A stretch of DNA of 64,000 nt from Candidatus Latescibacterota bacterium (GTDB taxonomy: Bacteria; Latescibacterota; CBDEFO01), in assembly GCA_965248755.1 (NCBI GenBank), contig OZ252149.1, forward strand, positions 96,001 through 160,000, in the 5' to 3' direction. The translations under genes were made by a program, and so were the position numbers. Of this stretch, positions 51,269 through 61,457 are shown piece after piece (position 1 is the first letter of the stretch; the number at the start of each line of letters is the position of its first letter). The notes under the pieces are model-generated. The model ran no database searches. It worked only from the letters and a program-made list of their open reading frames with translations, and had not been told where the DNA came from.

Positions 51269-53878
51269 CTATCTAATCAGAACGGCTTTCTTTGAGGCTG
51301 TGAATCCGTCCTGTGTTTTGAGGCGGTAGAAGTATATGCCGGAGGCGAGCTGTCCTCCCCCATCGTCGAGGCCGTCCCAGGCTACTGTGTGCACGCCGGA
51401 TATTTGCTCCTGGTCCATAAGGGTTCTTACCTTCTGTCCGATAGCGTTGTAGACGGCAAGACGTACATGCGTTCTCACTGGAAGTCCATATGTGATGGTA
51501 GTACGAGGGTTGAAGGGGTTGGGATAGTTCTGTTCGAGGGAGAAGTCTCGGGGACGACTTGCGGTCTTATTCTCTTCTGCTACATCTGTTCCGATAGGAT
51601 TTTTCCTGATTGCTATGCCTCTTGGACCTTCTCCTATCTCAAGCGTAGTTACGATTTCGTCCTGACCTGTACCGAGTATCACAATGTTGTCCGAATCCTG
51701 ATTGGAGACATAGACAGCCGTTCCATCGGGAGTCACTGCGACCCCTCTGGTATTGGTCCCTCCTGTGGGGATTGTCTTTTCGACTATGTCCTGCTGTGTG
51801 TCAATGACCACGATGTTTCCGCCCTGGTAATCTGTAACGTAGGCTTTCCCGTCATTAGGTGAAATAGCGACTCCGAAGGAGGATTGCGCAGGAGTGATGT
51901 CTATTGTGGTAATAACCGTGTTGGTCTCCGTGTCAATTACCGATATGCCATCCCCCGTAAAGCTCGTAACATAAGCCTTTTCTCCATCGGGAGTCACAGC
52001 AACCGAGCGGGGGCTGGGCACGACGGCTATTTGGCCAATGATTGTGTTTGACCTTGTGTCTATTACAGTGAGCGTGTTAAAGTTGATGTTGGTAACATAA
52101 AGGCGCGCATCGTCGGGTGAGATAGCGATCCCGAACGGACCCATCACATTGGTTTTAGTATGGGATACTCTATCTGTTCTTGTATCTATAACCGATATGG
52201 AGTTCGAATCGGAGTTGTTGACGTAGACAAATCTGCTGTCGGATGTGGAGGCGAGGTCAAGAGGAGAGCCTCCCACGGGAATGGTGGTTCTTACTCTATT
52301 TGTGGCAGTTTCTATCACGCTTATGTTATCCGATTGGGAGTTGGATATATAGACCAGGCTGTCGTTGGGAGTGATAGCTATTCCGATCGGGTTGTCACCT
52401 ACGGGTATGCGAGCGACGTGGTTGTAGGAACCCGTATCTATGATTGAGACGAGGTTGGAGCGTCTGACAGCTATGTAGGCAAGAGGTTCTCCTGTGAGGG
52501 GAAATATACGGTATTGAAAGGTCAGCTCTGGAGCCTGAGGGGGCAATGTGGATATGTTTCCGTCAGTATCCTCAGCGAGGATATAGTATCTTATCTGTGT
52601 TCCTGCAATTTGGGGAGGGATCTGTCCGCCAAAAATGTGGTCGTTGGATCGGAGCAGGGGTATTTCATCAAAGTCATCCTCCCCTGTGGTGAAGAATAGC
52701 GAGGCACTCTGTATACCTTCATCGTCTCGTATAGAGACGGTTACTGTGGCGCCCACTTGGTCGGAGTCCAGAATTCTTGTTACGTTGGAGAGGATAGAAA
52801 CACCGCTGATGAGAGGAAGTCCAGGAAGGGTAAATCCCGTTACAAAATTGATATTACCGATTTCACCTCCAGCTTCTACAGTTACTGGAAGGGCATCTTG
52901 GCTGTTTGGGACGTTGTCGAAGAATTCTCTCTCAAAGTCAGTGTCGAAGTTTTGAAAGATGCCTCCGAAGTTAGCATCTGTTATCGGCCCATCTACAGGA
53001 GATATGGAGACAAGATACTGTCCCGGAGAGAGTCCAAAGATTATGTATTCTCCTGACCCTCTTCTCCCTGAAATTGCTCCGGAAAGAGTGCTTACTACAA
53101 AGCGTCCTGTTAAGGGATTAAGGGCGACGACGTTGGCTCCGAAGATGGGAGATCCATCGAACTGTGTGACTCTGCCTGATATAGTTCCTGTAGAGGAGAG
53201 AAACTGAGATGTGGGATAGATACTAGAGACACCTGCTATATCGTCGGGTTCCAATGTCCTGCCGAAAGTCTGGCCGGTGGCAGAGCTGAACGGATTCATT
53301 GTGGGAGTAAACTGCGGAGAGCCTATGAGTCCTGTGTGGTCGAGTCCGAGGAAGTGCCCTATTTCGTGAGTGGCCGTGTCTTCTATATCTATACCGCCTA
53401 CCCCGTCGGTAGTGAACGTAAAGTCCCTTCCGTTGAAAATTATATCGGCGTCTCGTAGAGCTCCGCTGCTGAAGCTGGCTGAGTTTGTTCTGGTTATGGC
53501 TATGACGCCGCTTCCCCGTGGGGAACCGATGATGGACCCGGTCTCGTCGAAGAGGATGAGGTTGACCCCATCGTTTGAAGACACAAATCTTTCAGTAAGG
53601 CCTTGATCTCTGAAAGATATGAACGCTGTGGGAACATCCTGCCACGTTTTGAACGACCTCCTTATAGCCTCAAATTCGCCCTCGTCCCCAATGTCGTCAG
53701 ACCCTCTGGAGTTGATGCTGTAGGGGACCCCGGCTTCGGCGTTGGACCAGAAGAAGTTCACATTTCTGCCCAATCCCGTCTCGAAGGTCTGTCTGACAAA
53801 AGCCTGGGAATTTTCCGTCAGCACAAAGAGCATAAAACAAGTAGACAGAAGACAGAAGACAGAAGACAGCGTAGACAT
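51269..53878 (-). CDS. Secreted matrixin-type metalloprotease with YVTN-like beta-propeller and FlgD-like C-terminal domain
   Basis: THEIGHFLGLDH plus Met-turn PTM; repeated YVxN...ISVIDTxT blades; LEQNYPNPFNP...SGIYFYRL tail. Start 53878 or further upstream (53917). Confidence 0.88.
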   Translation of the reverse strand: MSTLSSVFCLLSTCFMLFVLTENSQAFVRQTFETGLGRNVNFFWSNAEAGVPYSINSRGSDDIGDEGEFEAIRRSFKTWQDVPTAFISFRDQGLTERFVSSNDGVNLILFDETGSIIGSPRGSGVIAITRTNSASFSSGALRDADIIFNGRDFTFTTDGVGGIDIEDTATHEIGHFLGLDHTGLIGSPQFTPTMNPFSSATGQTFGRTLEPDDIAGVSSIYPTSQFLSSTGTISGRVTQFDGSPIFGANVVALNPLTGRFVVSTLSGAISGRRGSGEYIIFGLSPGQYLVSISPVDGPITDANFGGIFQNFDTDFEREFFDNVPNSQDALPVTVEAGGEIGNINFVTGFTLPGLPLISGVSILSNVTRILDSDQVGATVTVSIRDDEGIQSASLFFTTGEDDFDEIPLLRSNDHIFGGQIPPQIAGTQIRYYILAEDTDGNISTLPPQAPELTFQYRIFPLTGEPLAYIAVRRSNLVSIIDTGSYNHVARIPVGDNPIGIAITPNDSLVYISNSQSDNISVIETATNRVRTTIPVGGSPLDLASTSDSRFVYVNNSDSNSISVIDTRTDRVSHTKTNVMGPFGIAISPDDARLYVTNINFNTLTVIDTRSNTIIGQIAVVPSPRSVAVTPDGEKAYVTSFTGDGISVIDTETNTVITTIDITPAQSSFGVAISPNDGKAYVTDYQGGNIVVIDTQQDIVEKTIPTGGTNTRGVAVTPDGTAVYVSNQDSDNIVILGTGQDEIVTTLEIGEGPRGIAIRKNPIGTDVAEENKTASRPRDFSLEQNYPNPFNPRTTITYGLPVRTHVRLAVYNAIGQKVRTLMDQEQISGVHTVAWDGLDDGGGQLASGIYFYRLKTQDGFTASKKAVLIR

Positions 53879-53941
53879 CCGCGTACTTTCTCTCATTTTG
53901 CAGTGGACGTTTTGCATAAGGTCTACACCGGGATGGGCAAG

Positions 53942-54517
53942 CTATTTCCTGGGGTCGGTCTCAGAGTCAGACTCTGTCCTGAGGATGGTCTGTATACTTT
54001 GTATGAGCTGATCAAGAGGGACAATGACTCTTTTGGCAGACGGGGATATTCTCGCTTCTTTCTTATCGTAGAGCGAGAGTCCATGAGGATCTGCAAACGT
54101 GATCTTTTTGCCGGAGATCTCGTCCTTTTGTATGTGGAATTTGCCCTGCGAAAGTCCGACTACCCAGGGATATCCCGCATCGTCTTCGGATGAGAGAAAC
54201 AGGAGCACTTCTTCATCGAGATTGAAATCGGGGACCCCAGGGACTATGGAGATTTCATCGCCTACCCTGCCTCCGGGATGTCGAACGGTGATGGAGTCGC
54301 CTGGTAGGTCGCCTTTGAGAACCTGATTGACTTTAAAGGTAGCGTAGGTATAGATATTGTTGTCCTTGGGGTCAATTTCGGTCCGCTTTGACAGACAGTG
54401 TCCTGTAATTATGGTCTGGGCAAGTTCGGACATGTCTGATATGTCGAGCTTCAGGACAGTCGTTGACCACGCAGACTGTGCTATCAGTAGGCTGAGTATA
54501 ACAAGCAAGATTGACAT
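53942..54517 (-). CDS. Secreted hypothetical protein, prodomain/TIMP-like partner of the matrixin
   Basis: Signal peptide, then TTVLKLD...IITG...TYATFKV...LKG...PGG...VPGVPDF...EEVLLFL...VVGLSQGKF; GGGAGAG RBS before ATG 54517. Confidence 0.65.
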   Translation of the reverse strand: MSILLVILSLLIAQSAWSTTVLKLDISDMSELAQTIITGHCLSKRTEIDPKDNNIYTYATFKVNQVLKGDLPGDSITVRHPGGRVGDEISIVPGVPDFNLDEEVLLFLSSEDDAGYPWVVGLSQGKFHIQKDEISGKKITFADPHGLSLYDKKEARISPSAKRVIVPLDQLIQSIQTILRTESDSETDPRK

Positions 54518-54699
54518 TTGGCTCTCCCAACAAAAGGGGGGATCATAATGCCATAAAGACGTATAGATACCCCTCGATTTAAGATTCAATGTTCGACCCG
54601 CTTAAGTCCTTAAGACGTAAATTATAACAAAAAGATTCATACAAGAGTCAAAAAAATAATTCTCACAGCGGAACTGTGATAGAAAAGCTATTATACTAC

Positions 54700-54880
54700 T
54701 TAAGAGGTGATCGGCCTTTTAAAGTACTCTTCGTACCGTTCAAGAGACCGATACCCCAAAATCCCTTGAGCCTTGTCCACAAGGTACTTGCCGTGATCAA
54801 GATAGCTCAGAATATTGAACGTCTGAAAATAATCGGGCACCACTTCCATCTCCAGTGCCAGACGACAGGAGTGAAGCTGG
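54700..54880 (-). pseudogene. 3' fragment of a further type-B epimerase paralog
   Basis: CRLALEMEVVPDYFQTFNILSYLDHGKYLVDKAQGILGY...YFKRPITS-stop matches the ends of 56112 and 56896. Confidence 0.85.
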
Positions 54881-54911
54881 CCGTTTTGTCGTTGTCATCC
54901 TGAAGGTGTCT

Positions 54912-56045
54912 CTAGACATCGGCGACAGAGTTGTCGTCTGCGTTCCAGGATCCGAAGTATCCGCGGCTTCGGTTGAACGGCCGACTGGCGATTACTTCCT
55001 CGTCCAGGTCAATTCCAAGACCAGGTTCTGTGGGCAGCTCGTAATAGCCGTCCACAATCTTAAGCGGCTTCTTCTGGACCTTGTCGTGCCAGGGCATGTC
55101 TAGCGCCGTCTCAAGAATCTGGAAGTTCGGCACCGCCGCACAGAGATGCAGGCTGGCTGCGCAGGCCACCGGGCCATTGGGATTGTGCGGTGCCAAGTTG
55201 ATGTGCTCCGTTTCAGCCGCAGCCGCAATGCGTCGGAGTTCCGAGATGCCACCGCCATGGCAGATATCGGGTTGAATCACGTCGACCAGCCTGCGTGCAA
55301 GAAGGTCCTTAAAGTCCCATCGGAAGTAGAGGCGCTCTCCTGTGGCCAGATCAGTGTGGAACCCTGCCCTGCGGACAAGTTCGAGCGAGTCGAGGTTCTC
55401 CTGCGGCACCGGCTCTTCAAAGAAGAGGACATCTAAATCATCAATCGCCTTGATCAGTCTTATTGCTGCACTCGGACGAGATCGGCCATGATTGTCGATC
55501 ATGATGTCGATGTCGGGGCCGACTTCGGCGCGCATCGCCTTGATCTTCTCGCGCAGCGCGTCTGGAATCTCTTTCTCCTTAGTTTCGTCTGTGTCGGTAA
55601 TCCACCCTGCGGTCTTGAACGCTGTAAAGCCTTTGTCCACAACCTCACACGCTTCTAACGGATCCAGTGCATGGGAGTACGTCCGGACGCGATCTCGCAC
55701 AGCGCCGCCGAGCAATTTGTAGACGGGCTGGGCATATACCTTACCGGTGATGTCCCACAGGGCCTGATCGATCGCGGAGATAGCAGAGCCAAGCACTACG
55801 CCGCCTTTCCAGAAGCCATGGCGGTACAGCGCCTGCCACAGCTTCTCGATCTGCGTAGGATCGCGGCCTTCAATGCGGTTTGAAATAGCGTGGATCGCGG
55901 CTTGAGCGGCGAGCTCATGACCCTCAAGCGTGCCCTCACCCCAGCCATAAATCCCTTCGTCTGTTATGATCTTGACGAACAACCACTGGCGGTCGATTCC
56001 CTCCATCAGAAAGGTCGCAACGTCTGTGATCTTCATATCCTCCAT
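54912..56045 (-). CDS. Galactonate dehydratase-like enolase-superfamily enzyme
   Basis: TDEGIYGWGE, IDQALWDITGK, DNHGR, FFEEP, ATGERL, QPDICHGGG, APHNPNGP motifs. Confidence 0.9.
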   Translation of the reverse strand: MEDMKITDVATFLMEGIDRQWLFVKIITDEGIYGWGEGTLEGHELAAQAAIHAISNRIEGRDPTQIEKLWQALYRHGFWKGGVVLGSAISAIDQALWDITGKVYAQPVYKLLGGAVRDRVRTYSHALDPLEACEVVDKGFTAFKTAGWITDTDETKEKEIPDALREKIKAMRAEVGPDIDIMIDNHGRSRPSAAIRLIKAIDDLDVLFFEEPVPQENLDSLELVRRAGFHTDLATGERLYFRWDFKDLLARRLVDVIQPDICHGGGISELRRIAAAAETEHINLAPHNPNGPVACAASLHLCAAVPNFQILETALDMPWHDKVQKKPLKIVDGYYELPTEPGLGIDLDEEVIASRPFNRSRGYFGSWNADDNSVADV

Positions 56046-56111
56046 CTCCCTATCTACGCGCTCTATTTGTACAGCGTCATAGCAACGTTGACCCTGCTCA
56101 CGACAGATGAT

Positions 56112-56828
56112 TCAGCCTGTCGGCCTTTTGAAGTAATTCTCAAGCTGTTCCAGTGGCTGATACCCCAGAATCCTTTGAGCCTTGTCCACAAGGTACTTCC
56201 CGTGACCAAGATAGCTCAACATGTTGAATATCTGAAACTGATCGGGTACTTCCTCTATCTCCAGTGCCAGAGGACAAGCGTGCTGAAGATCCTCCCACAC
56301 AATCGTGAAGGGAGGAAAGTCCTTCTTCAACACAGGTTCTTTCGGCTTGAAATCGAGGCCATTGAACACAAAACAGACGGTATGGATGCCATAGGTTCGT
56401 GCGTAAATCTTGCATATCTCAAGGCTGAGATACTTGGTGATTGTGTAGTAGCCTGTGCCCGGAGATGGCGGCACATCGTCTATCTCAAATTCGAGGTTAT
56501 AGGCAGGTACGACAAGCTCTGGGCCGGTGTGGACCACTTTCTTGATTCCGTGTTCTGCCGCAGCCTTCATCACATGATACGCACCCTTGATGTTCACCTC
56601 GAAGCTCAAGACGGGATCGTGGCGAACCACCGTAAAGTTCATAATTGCGTCCATGCCACGAGATGCCTCCAACACCTGCTCGTAAGATGTGACGTCAACG
56701 GTTTTGATGGGCTTTCCGTCAGAATGTGGCTTTATATCTGCAAGGTGCAGGCGATAGTCCGACTCGAGTCCCGGCGTGACATAAGGCATTATCAAACCAG
56801 ATGCTCCCAGTACAAGGACATCCTTCAT
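56112..56828 (-). CDS. NAD-dependent epimerase/dehydratase family, type B, copy 2
   Basis: VLGASGLI, YTITK motifs; near-identical to 56896..57615. Confidence 0.87.
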   Translation of the reverse strand: MKDVLVLGASGLIMPYVTPGLESDYRLHLADIKPHSDGKPIKTVDVTSYEQVLEASRGMDAIMNFTVVRHDPVLSFEVNIKGAYHVMKAAAEHGIKKVVHTGPELVVPAYNLEFEIDDVPPSPGTGYYTITKYLSLEICKIYARTYGIHTVCFVFNGLDFKPKEPVLKKDFPPFTIVWEDLQHACPLALEIEEVPDQFQIFNMLSYLGHGKYLVDKAQRILGYQPLEQLENYFKRPTG

Positions 56829-56895
56829 AGCAATGATTGCCTCCTTACTTATGCAATCTGCTCATCCAGCGTCGTAAGATGACGATTAGTTGATC

Positions 56896-57615
56896 TTAAG
56901 AAGTTGTCGGTCTTTTGAAGTACTGCTCAACCTGTTCCAGTGGCTGATACCCTAGAATTCTCCAAGCTTTGTCCACAAGGTACTTCCCGTGACCAAGATA
57001 GCTCAACATGTTGAATATCTGAAACTGATCGGGTACTTCCTCTATCTCCAGTGCCAGACGACAAGCGTGCTGAAGATCCTCCCACACAATCGTGAAGGGA
57101 GGAAAGTCCTTCTTCAACACAGGTTCTTTCGGCTTGAAATCGAGGCCATTGAACACAAAACAGGCAGTCTGGATGCCGTAAGCCCGTGCGTAAATTTTGC
57201 AGATTTCAAAGCTGAGATACTTGGTGATGTAGTAGTATCCCGTGCCCGGTGTTCTCGGTACATCGTCTATGTCAAATTCGTGGCCGTACGTGTGTCGGAT
57301 CATCTGTGGACCCGTATGGACCACTTTCTTGATTCCGTGCTCTGCCGCAGCCTTCATCACATGATACGCACCCTTGATGTTCACCTCGAAGCTCAAGACG
57401 GGATCGTGGCGAACCACCGTAAAGTTCATAATTGCGTCCATGCCACGAGATGCCTCCAACACCTGCTCGTAAGATGTGACGTCAACGGTTTTGATGGGCT
57501 TTCCGTCAGAATGTGGCTTTATATCAGCAAGGTGCAGGCGATAGTCCGACTCGAGTCCCGGTGTGACATAAGGCATTATCAAACCAGATGCTCCCAGTAC
57601 AAGGACATCCTTCAT
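56896..57615 (-). CDS. NAD-dependent epimerase/dehydratase family, type B, copy 1
   Basis: VLGASGLI, YYITK motifs. Confidence 0.87.
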   Translation of the reverse strand: MKDVLVLGASGLIMPYVTPGLESDYRLHLADIKPHSDGKPIKTVDVTSYEQVLEASRGMDAIMNFTVVRHDPVLSFEVNIKGAYHVMKAAAEHGIKKVVHTGPQMIRHTYGHEFDIDDVPRTPGTGYYYITKYLSFEICKIYARAYGIQTACFVFNGLDFKPKEPVLKKDFPPFTIVWEDLQHACRLALEIEEVPDQFQIFNMLSYLGHGKYLVDKAWRILGYQPLEQVEQYFKRPTTS

Positions 57616-57644
57616 ATCAATAACTCCCTATCTGTGCGACCTGT

Positions 57645-58394
57645 TCATTCTGAGTCGTAATGGGCGCTGAAGTTGTGAGTGGGCTTATACCCGAGCCCCT
57701 GCGCGCTATCTATCAGGAACTTAGGATTGGGAATGTCGGCACAGATATGGAACAGACCCCAGCGACCCGCCCACTGGATAGAGTTGCTGGTATCTCGGTC
57801 GAGGGCACATCGAAATGCGTGCGCCGCATCCCTCAAATCGAGCCACATCAGGTCAGGGGTATCTTGCTCCACTTCTTCCTCCATTACTAACTCTCCGAGT
57901 CGGAGACAGGTAACAGTGACCATGTAATCTCGCGCAAACTCTCGACAGGTCAATTCCCCCAGATATGTTGTCATCTCTTCCATTTCAGGCGAGGGAAGTG
58001 GCTTCCACATCTCACTGATATAGACATCGTCGGGATATGTGCGAAAGACTGCCAAGGTCCCTGTACAGATCAGCTTCTTGACCCCAGCCGAAATGGCAGC
58101 ATCGAAAATGTTGTAGCTTCCCCTTGTCGCAAGATCAAGCAACATCTCTTCTCGCTTCAGTTCATCATCTGGATGTCCTGGTGGAGGTTCCCCTGTGTGA
58201 ATCAAGGCGTCGATCCCTCGCACAGCTTTCCAAGCATCGTCAGGATCCAGGAGACTCCCCTGTACACATTCAAAATTATCACCCTCAGCATCAACCGGGA
58301 CAGTGTCCACAAGGCGCAGGTTATGGTCTTTTCCCAATTCCTCCGCAATTGCACGCCCAAGGCGGCTTGATGCTCCTGTTATTAGTATCTTCAT
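57645..58394 (-). CDS. NAD-dependent epimerase/dehydratase family, type A, lacking YxxxK
   Basis: ITGASSRLG, WKPLPS, CLRLG shared with 40183; EMTTY stands where YILGK is found in the paralog. Confidence 0.82.
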   Translation of the reverse strand: MKILITGASSRLGRAIAEELGKDHNLRLVDTVPVDAEGDNFECVQGSLLDPDDAWKAVRGIDALIHTGEPPPGHPDDELKREEMLLDLATRGSYNIFDAAISAGVKKLICTGTLAVFRTYPDDVYISEMWKPLPSPEMEEMTTYLGELTCREFARDYMVTVTCLRLGELVMEEEVEQDTPDLMWLDLRDAAHAFRCALDRDTSNSIQWAGRWGLFHICADIPNPKFLIDSAQGLGYKPTHNFSAHYDSE

Positions 58395-58505
58395 GTAGTG
58401 CTCCTGCTTCCAAAGGTATGCTCTTTGTCATCCCACAATCTGGATCAACAGAGTTCTGATGATTCATCTGTCTACTCCTAATATTGCCTAATATGCCAAG
58501 GTCAG

Positions 58506-58534
58506 AACATACGTTCTTATCATGCAAAAGTCAA
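58506..58534 (-). promoter_or_regulatory. Putative sigma70 promoter of the epimerase-dehydratase operon
   Basis: TTGACT-17 bp-TATGTT on the minus strand. Confidence 0.45.
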
Positions 58535-58823
58535 GTCAATTCCTACATATTGTCTCGAATCTGAATGACGCTTCCCGCTGGATATTGATATCAAGCCCGG
58601 AGGGATTCAAATCCCAAACCTTAAACTGAAAACTGTCTATCCTATTCAGGTTGCTCATCATCGTTGACAAATGCCTATTTATGCTTCTGCGGTTTGCGAG
58701 CCTGTTCTTTAACTTCGTTGACAGCTTCTTCAAGGGATACAGCGGCATTACTCCTGTACTAGAGAGGGGATTAGTATAGCGCGCCGGGCTGGTGAAGTGG
58801 TCGGAAGAAGGTGTAAAAAAAGC

Positions 58824-58852
58824 TTGACACTATTACTTAGGAGAGCTATTTT
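58824..58852 (+). promoter_or_regulatory. Putative sigma70 promoter of the split-barrel/kinase operon
   Basis: TTGACA-17 bp-TATTTT. Confidence 0.5.
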
Positions 58853-59053
58853 TATGCCTGATACATTCAGCTTGGCTCGGGCAAGAAATCTGTATCTTCT
58901 AAGAAATTGATCAGCTACATACTTAAAATATCTGAAGCACTTGCCCCGAAGCTTCTGAAACGACTAGAGTAGCAACCTGTGAATTTAGAAGTCCTAATCA
59001 ACAGTAGGATCTCCAGTTGAACGGATAGCACGGTACATTTAGAGGAGTCAAGC

Positions 59054-59533
59054 ATGATTCCCGGAAAGATTTTGAAGTTCTTAGAAGACGAGGCGACGGT
59101 TGCCATCTGTGGCACCAGAGACGAGTACCTCATCCCGCATCTTCACCGAGTGTCAGGATGGCGCGTCGATCCAGACCAGCAAACGATCAGCTGCTCCATC
59201 CCGGAAAACTTTACCAAAGATCTGATCAGCTCGCTCGAAGACAACGGTCAGTTCGCCCTGACGGTGGAACAGGTCGGTTCACACGAGACCTATCAATTCA
59301 AGGGAGAATATGTTGACTCCGGGCCGTGCGACGAAGCCGACATCGTCACTTTCGAGCAATCCAGAGAACGGTTCGGAAAAATCGTCAGCAGTTTATTCGG
59401 TTTATCGGAGGAAGTGACCCAGGCCTACATCCAAAAACCGAGCATTGTCATAAGTTTCAAAGTGCGGGAGATCTTCCTTCAGACGCCTGGACCCGGTGCT
59501 GGTCGCAGGCTCGTACCGGCGGAGGAGGCATGA
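59054..59533 (+). CDS. Pyridoxamine 5'-phosphate oxidase-like FMN-binding split-barrel protein
   Basis: GTRD..L.PH, LEDNGQFALT, HETYQFKG, FLQTPGPGAG motifs. Confidence 0.75.
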   Translation: MIPGKILKFLEDEATVAICGTRDEYLIPHLHRVSGWRVDPDQQTISCSIPENFTKDLISSLEDNGQFALTVEQVGSHETYQFKGEYVDSGPCDEADIVTFEQSRERFGKIVSSLFGLSEEVTQAYIQKPSIVISFKVREIFLQTPGPGAGRRLVPAEEA

Positions 59534-59955
59534 TGGAAGAGGTCAAGCTTCCGGAGGAAATCAAGCCGGTGATGCAGAACGGATTACCCGCATTGCTGGC
59601 AACTTGTTCGGCAGAAGGCATCCCCAACGCGACGATTCCTTCCCAGGTGTATTACGTGGATAGGACGCATGTTGCGCTCTCCTTTCAGTTCTTCAACAAG
59701 ACAAGCCGCAATGTCAGGGAGAACCCGCACGCGTGCGTCTGTTTGAACGATTTAGAGGGCTACGCCAACTGGATCATCCATATCCAATACGACCACTCGG
59801 AGCCCGAAGGGCCGATATTCGATGAGATGGACATGCAGATCGAAGCCATCGCTTCGGCGACGGGAATGTCCGGAATCTTCAAGCTGAAAGCGGCCGATAT
59901 TTACCGGGTGAAATCCATCGAGGAGGTGACCTGGGGGCCGACGTCTTCTGGGTAA
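59530..59955 (+). CDS. Pyridoxamine 5'-phosphate oxidase-like FMN-binding split-barrel protein
   Basis: LATCSAEGIPN, SQVYYVD..HVALSFQFFNKTSRNVRENP, IASATGMSGIFKL; ATGA overlap with the upstream gene. Confidence 0.8.
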   Translation: MMEEVKLPEEIKPVMQNGLPALLATCSAEGIPNATIPSQVYYVDRTHVALSFQFFNKTSRNVRENPHACVCLNDLEGYANWIIHIQYDHSEPEGPIFDEMDMQIEAIASATGMSGIFKLKAADIYRVKSIEEVTWGPTSSG

Positions 59956-61403
59956 TGACCGATGGTTAGAAAAGCAAGCAAATAGTGAAAATATCTTGGA
60001 GGAACTCGCTCAAAAGGCGGCGGAAGTCAGCGTCCTTTGACAGATCTCGTTGGAGATAAATGCTACGCTTAATCTCGAGGAGATATTCGACATCGTTCTG
60101 CGCACGATGGACGAGCTCTTCGATTTTCACCATTCGATTATCCTACTGCTTGAGGACTCCTGGGAAACGCTCAGGGTCGTTGCAAGCCGAGGTTGCAGTA
60201 GGTACCGGGGTCATCGGTATGGTCGCCAAAAGGCGCAGGCTGATGCGGCTCAGCAACCTGAGCCGGCAGCGGACGTACGCTTCGACTATCCGCAGGCAGA
60301 TGGAGCAGGCCGGAAGGGCCCAGGAACTTGACAAGATCGTTCAAGTGCCAGGCCTGGCAAACGCCGAGAGCCAGATCGCAATCCCTCTCATGATTAAGGA
60401 CACGCTCATCGGCGTCTTTTCCGTCGAAAGTAGCCAACAGAGAACATTCCGTGAGAGCGACGAGATTTTGGTAACGATCGTAGCCAATCAGGCTGCGAGC
60501 GCGATTCATAATGCGCGTTTGTATATGCTTGCGGAAGAGCGGCTAAGAGAGTTGAATAAGGCTAATGATGCTCTTGCTCAACTTAACGAGAGCCTCGAAG
60601 AAAGAGTGCGGCAACGAACCAGGAAACTTTCCAATACTCTCCGGGAACTGACGGAAACCCAGAATCAGCTTGTCCTGCGGGAAAAGATGGCATCGCTCGG
60701 CAATCTCATCGCCGGCATCGCCCACGAAATCAACAGCCCCATCGGCGTGGTGAACAGCGCAGCAGATGTCTCTCAGCGATGCATCGCCAAAATCGAATCC
60801 GTTTTAGCTCCTCAAAGCGATGAAGAGTTTAAGAAACCGTTGGCATTGTTGAAAGACAGCGTGGAGGTCACGCTTACCGCCGGAGAACGTATTGACACTC
60901 TGGTAAAAAGCCTGAAGAACTTCGCCCGTCTGGACAAAGCAGAGTTTCAAAGATTCGATCTCCACGACGGTCTTGACAGCACACTGACCCTGATTCAGTC
61001 TGAGTTGGAGGAGCGAATTGCCATTGTAAAAGAATACGGAGAAATACCTCAGATCTACTGTTCCCCCAGTCAAATCAACCAGGTCTTTATGAGCCTGTTG
61101 CTGAATCCAGCCGAGGCCATTGAGGATACTGGCACCATTCGTATTAAGAACTTCTGGAAGGACGGTCATATTCACGTACAGATTTCCGATACCGGTAAGG
61201 GAATTCCTCCTGAGAAGTTAGAAAATATTTTTGATTTTGGTTTTTCTAGGGACAGATCGCGCGTAAAGATGCAAATGGGCTTATCCACTGCTTATAGTAT
61301 TGTTCAAAAGCACAGAGGGGATATCAGGGTGGAAAGCACAGTAGGGAATGGAAGTAACTTTACAGTGATCTTGCCAATCGATCAATCGATAATAGATAAA
61401 TGA
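59955..61403 (+). pseudogene. GAF-domain sensor histidine kinase with lesions in the 5' region
   Basis: GAF (GTGVIGMVA, SQIAIPL, ANQAASAIHNARLY), H-box AHEINSP, DTGKG, GLSTAY. Frameshift near 59965, in-frame TGA 60038-60040, frameshifting deletion near 60190. Confidence 0.8.
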
Positions 61404-61457
61404 AAGGGAGAAAAAACGATTGACGAAATCAAGGGGAATTCCAAATTTCAGAAGGCC

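Noticed and set aside
54219..54240. GATTGAAATCGGGG as another palindrome copy
   Set aside because: Only one arm is present, and it encodes the ordinary-looking VPGVPDF segment of the protein; likely chance.
56112..57615. Diversity-generating retroelement TR/VR pair
   Set aside because: Differences are not adenine-specific, both copies are full genes, and no reverse transcriptase is present.
43188..60040. In-frame TGA codons as selenocysteine or an alternative genetic code
   Set aside because: TGA ends many intact genes here (7858, 10899, 12872, 32453), the contexts are not Cys/redox motifs, and the same genes carry frameshifts.
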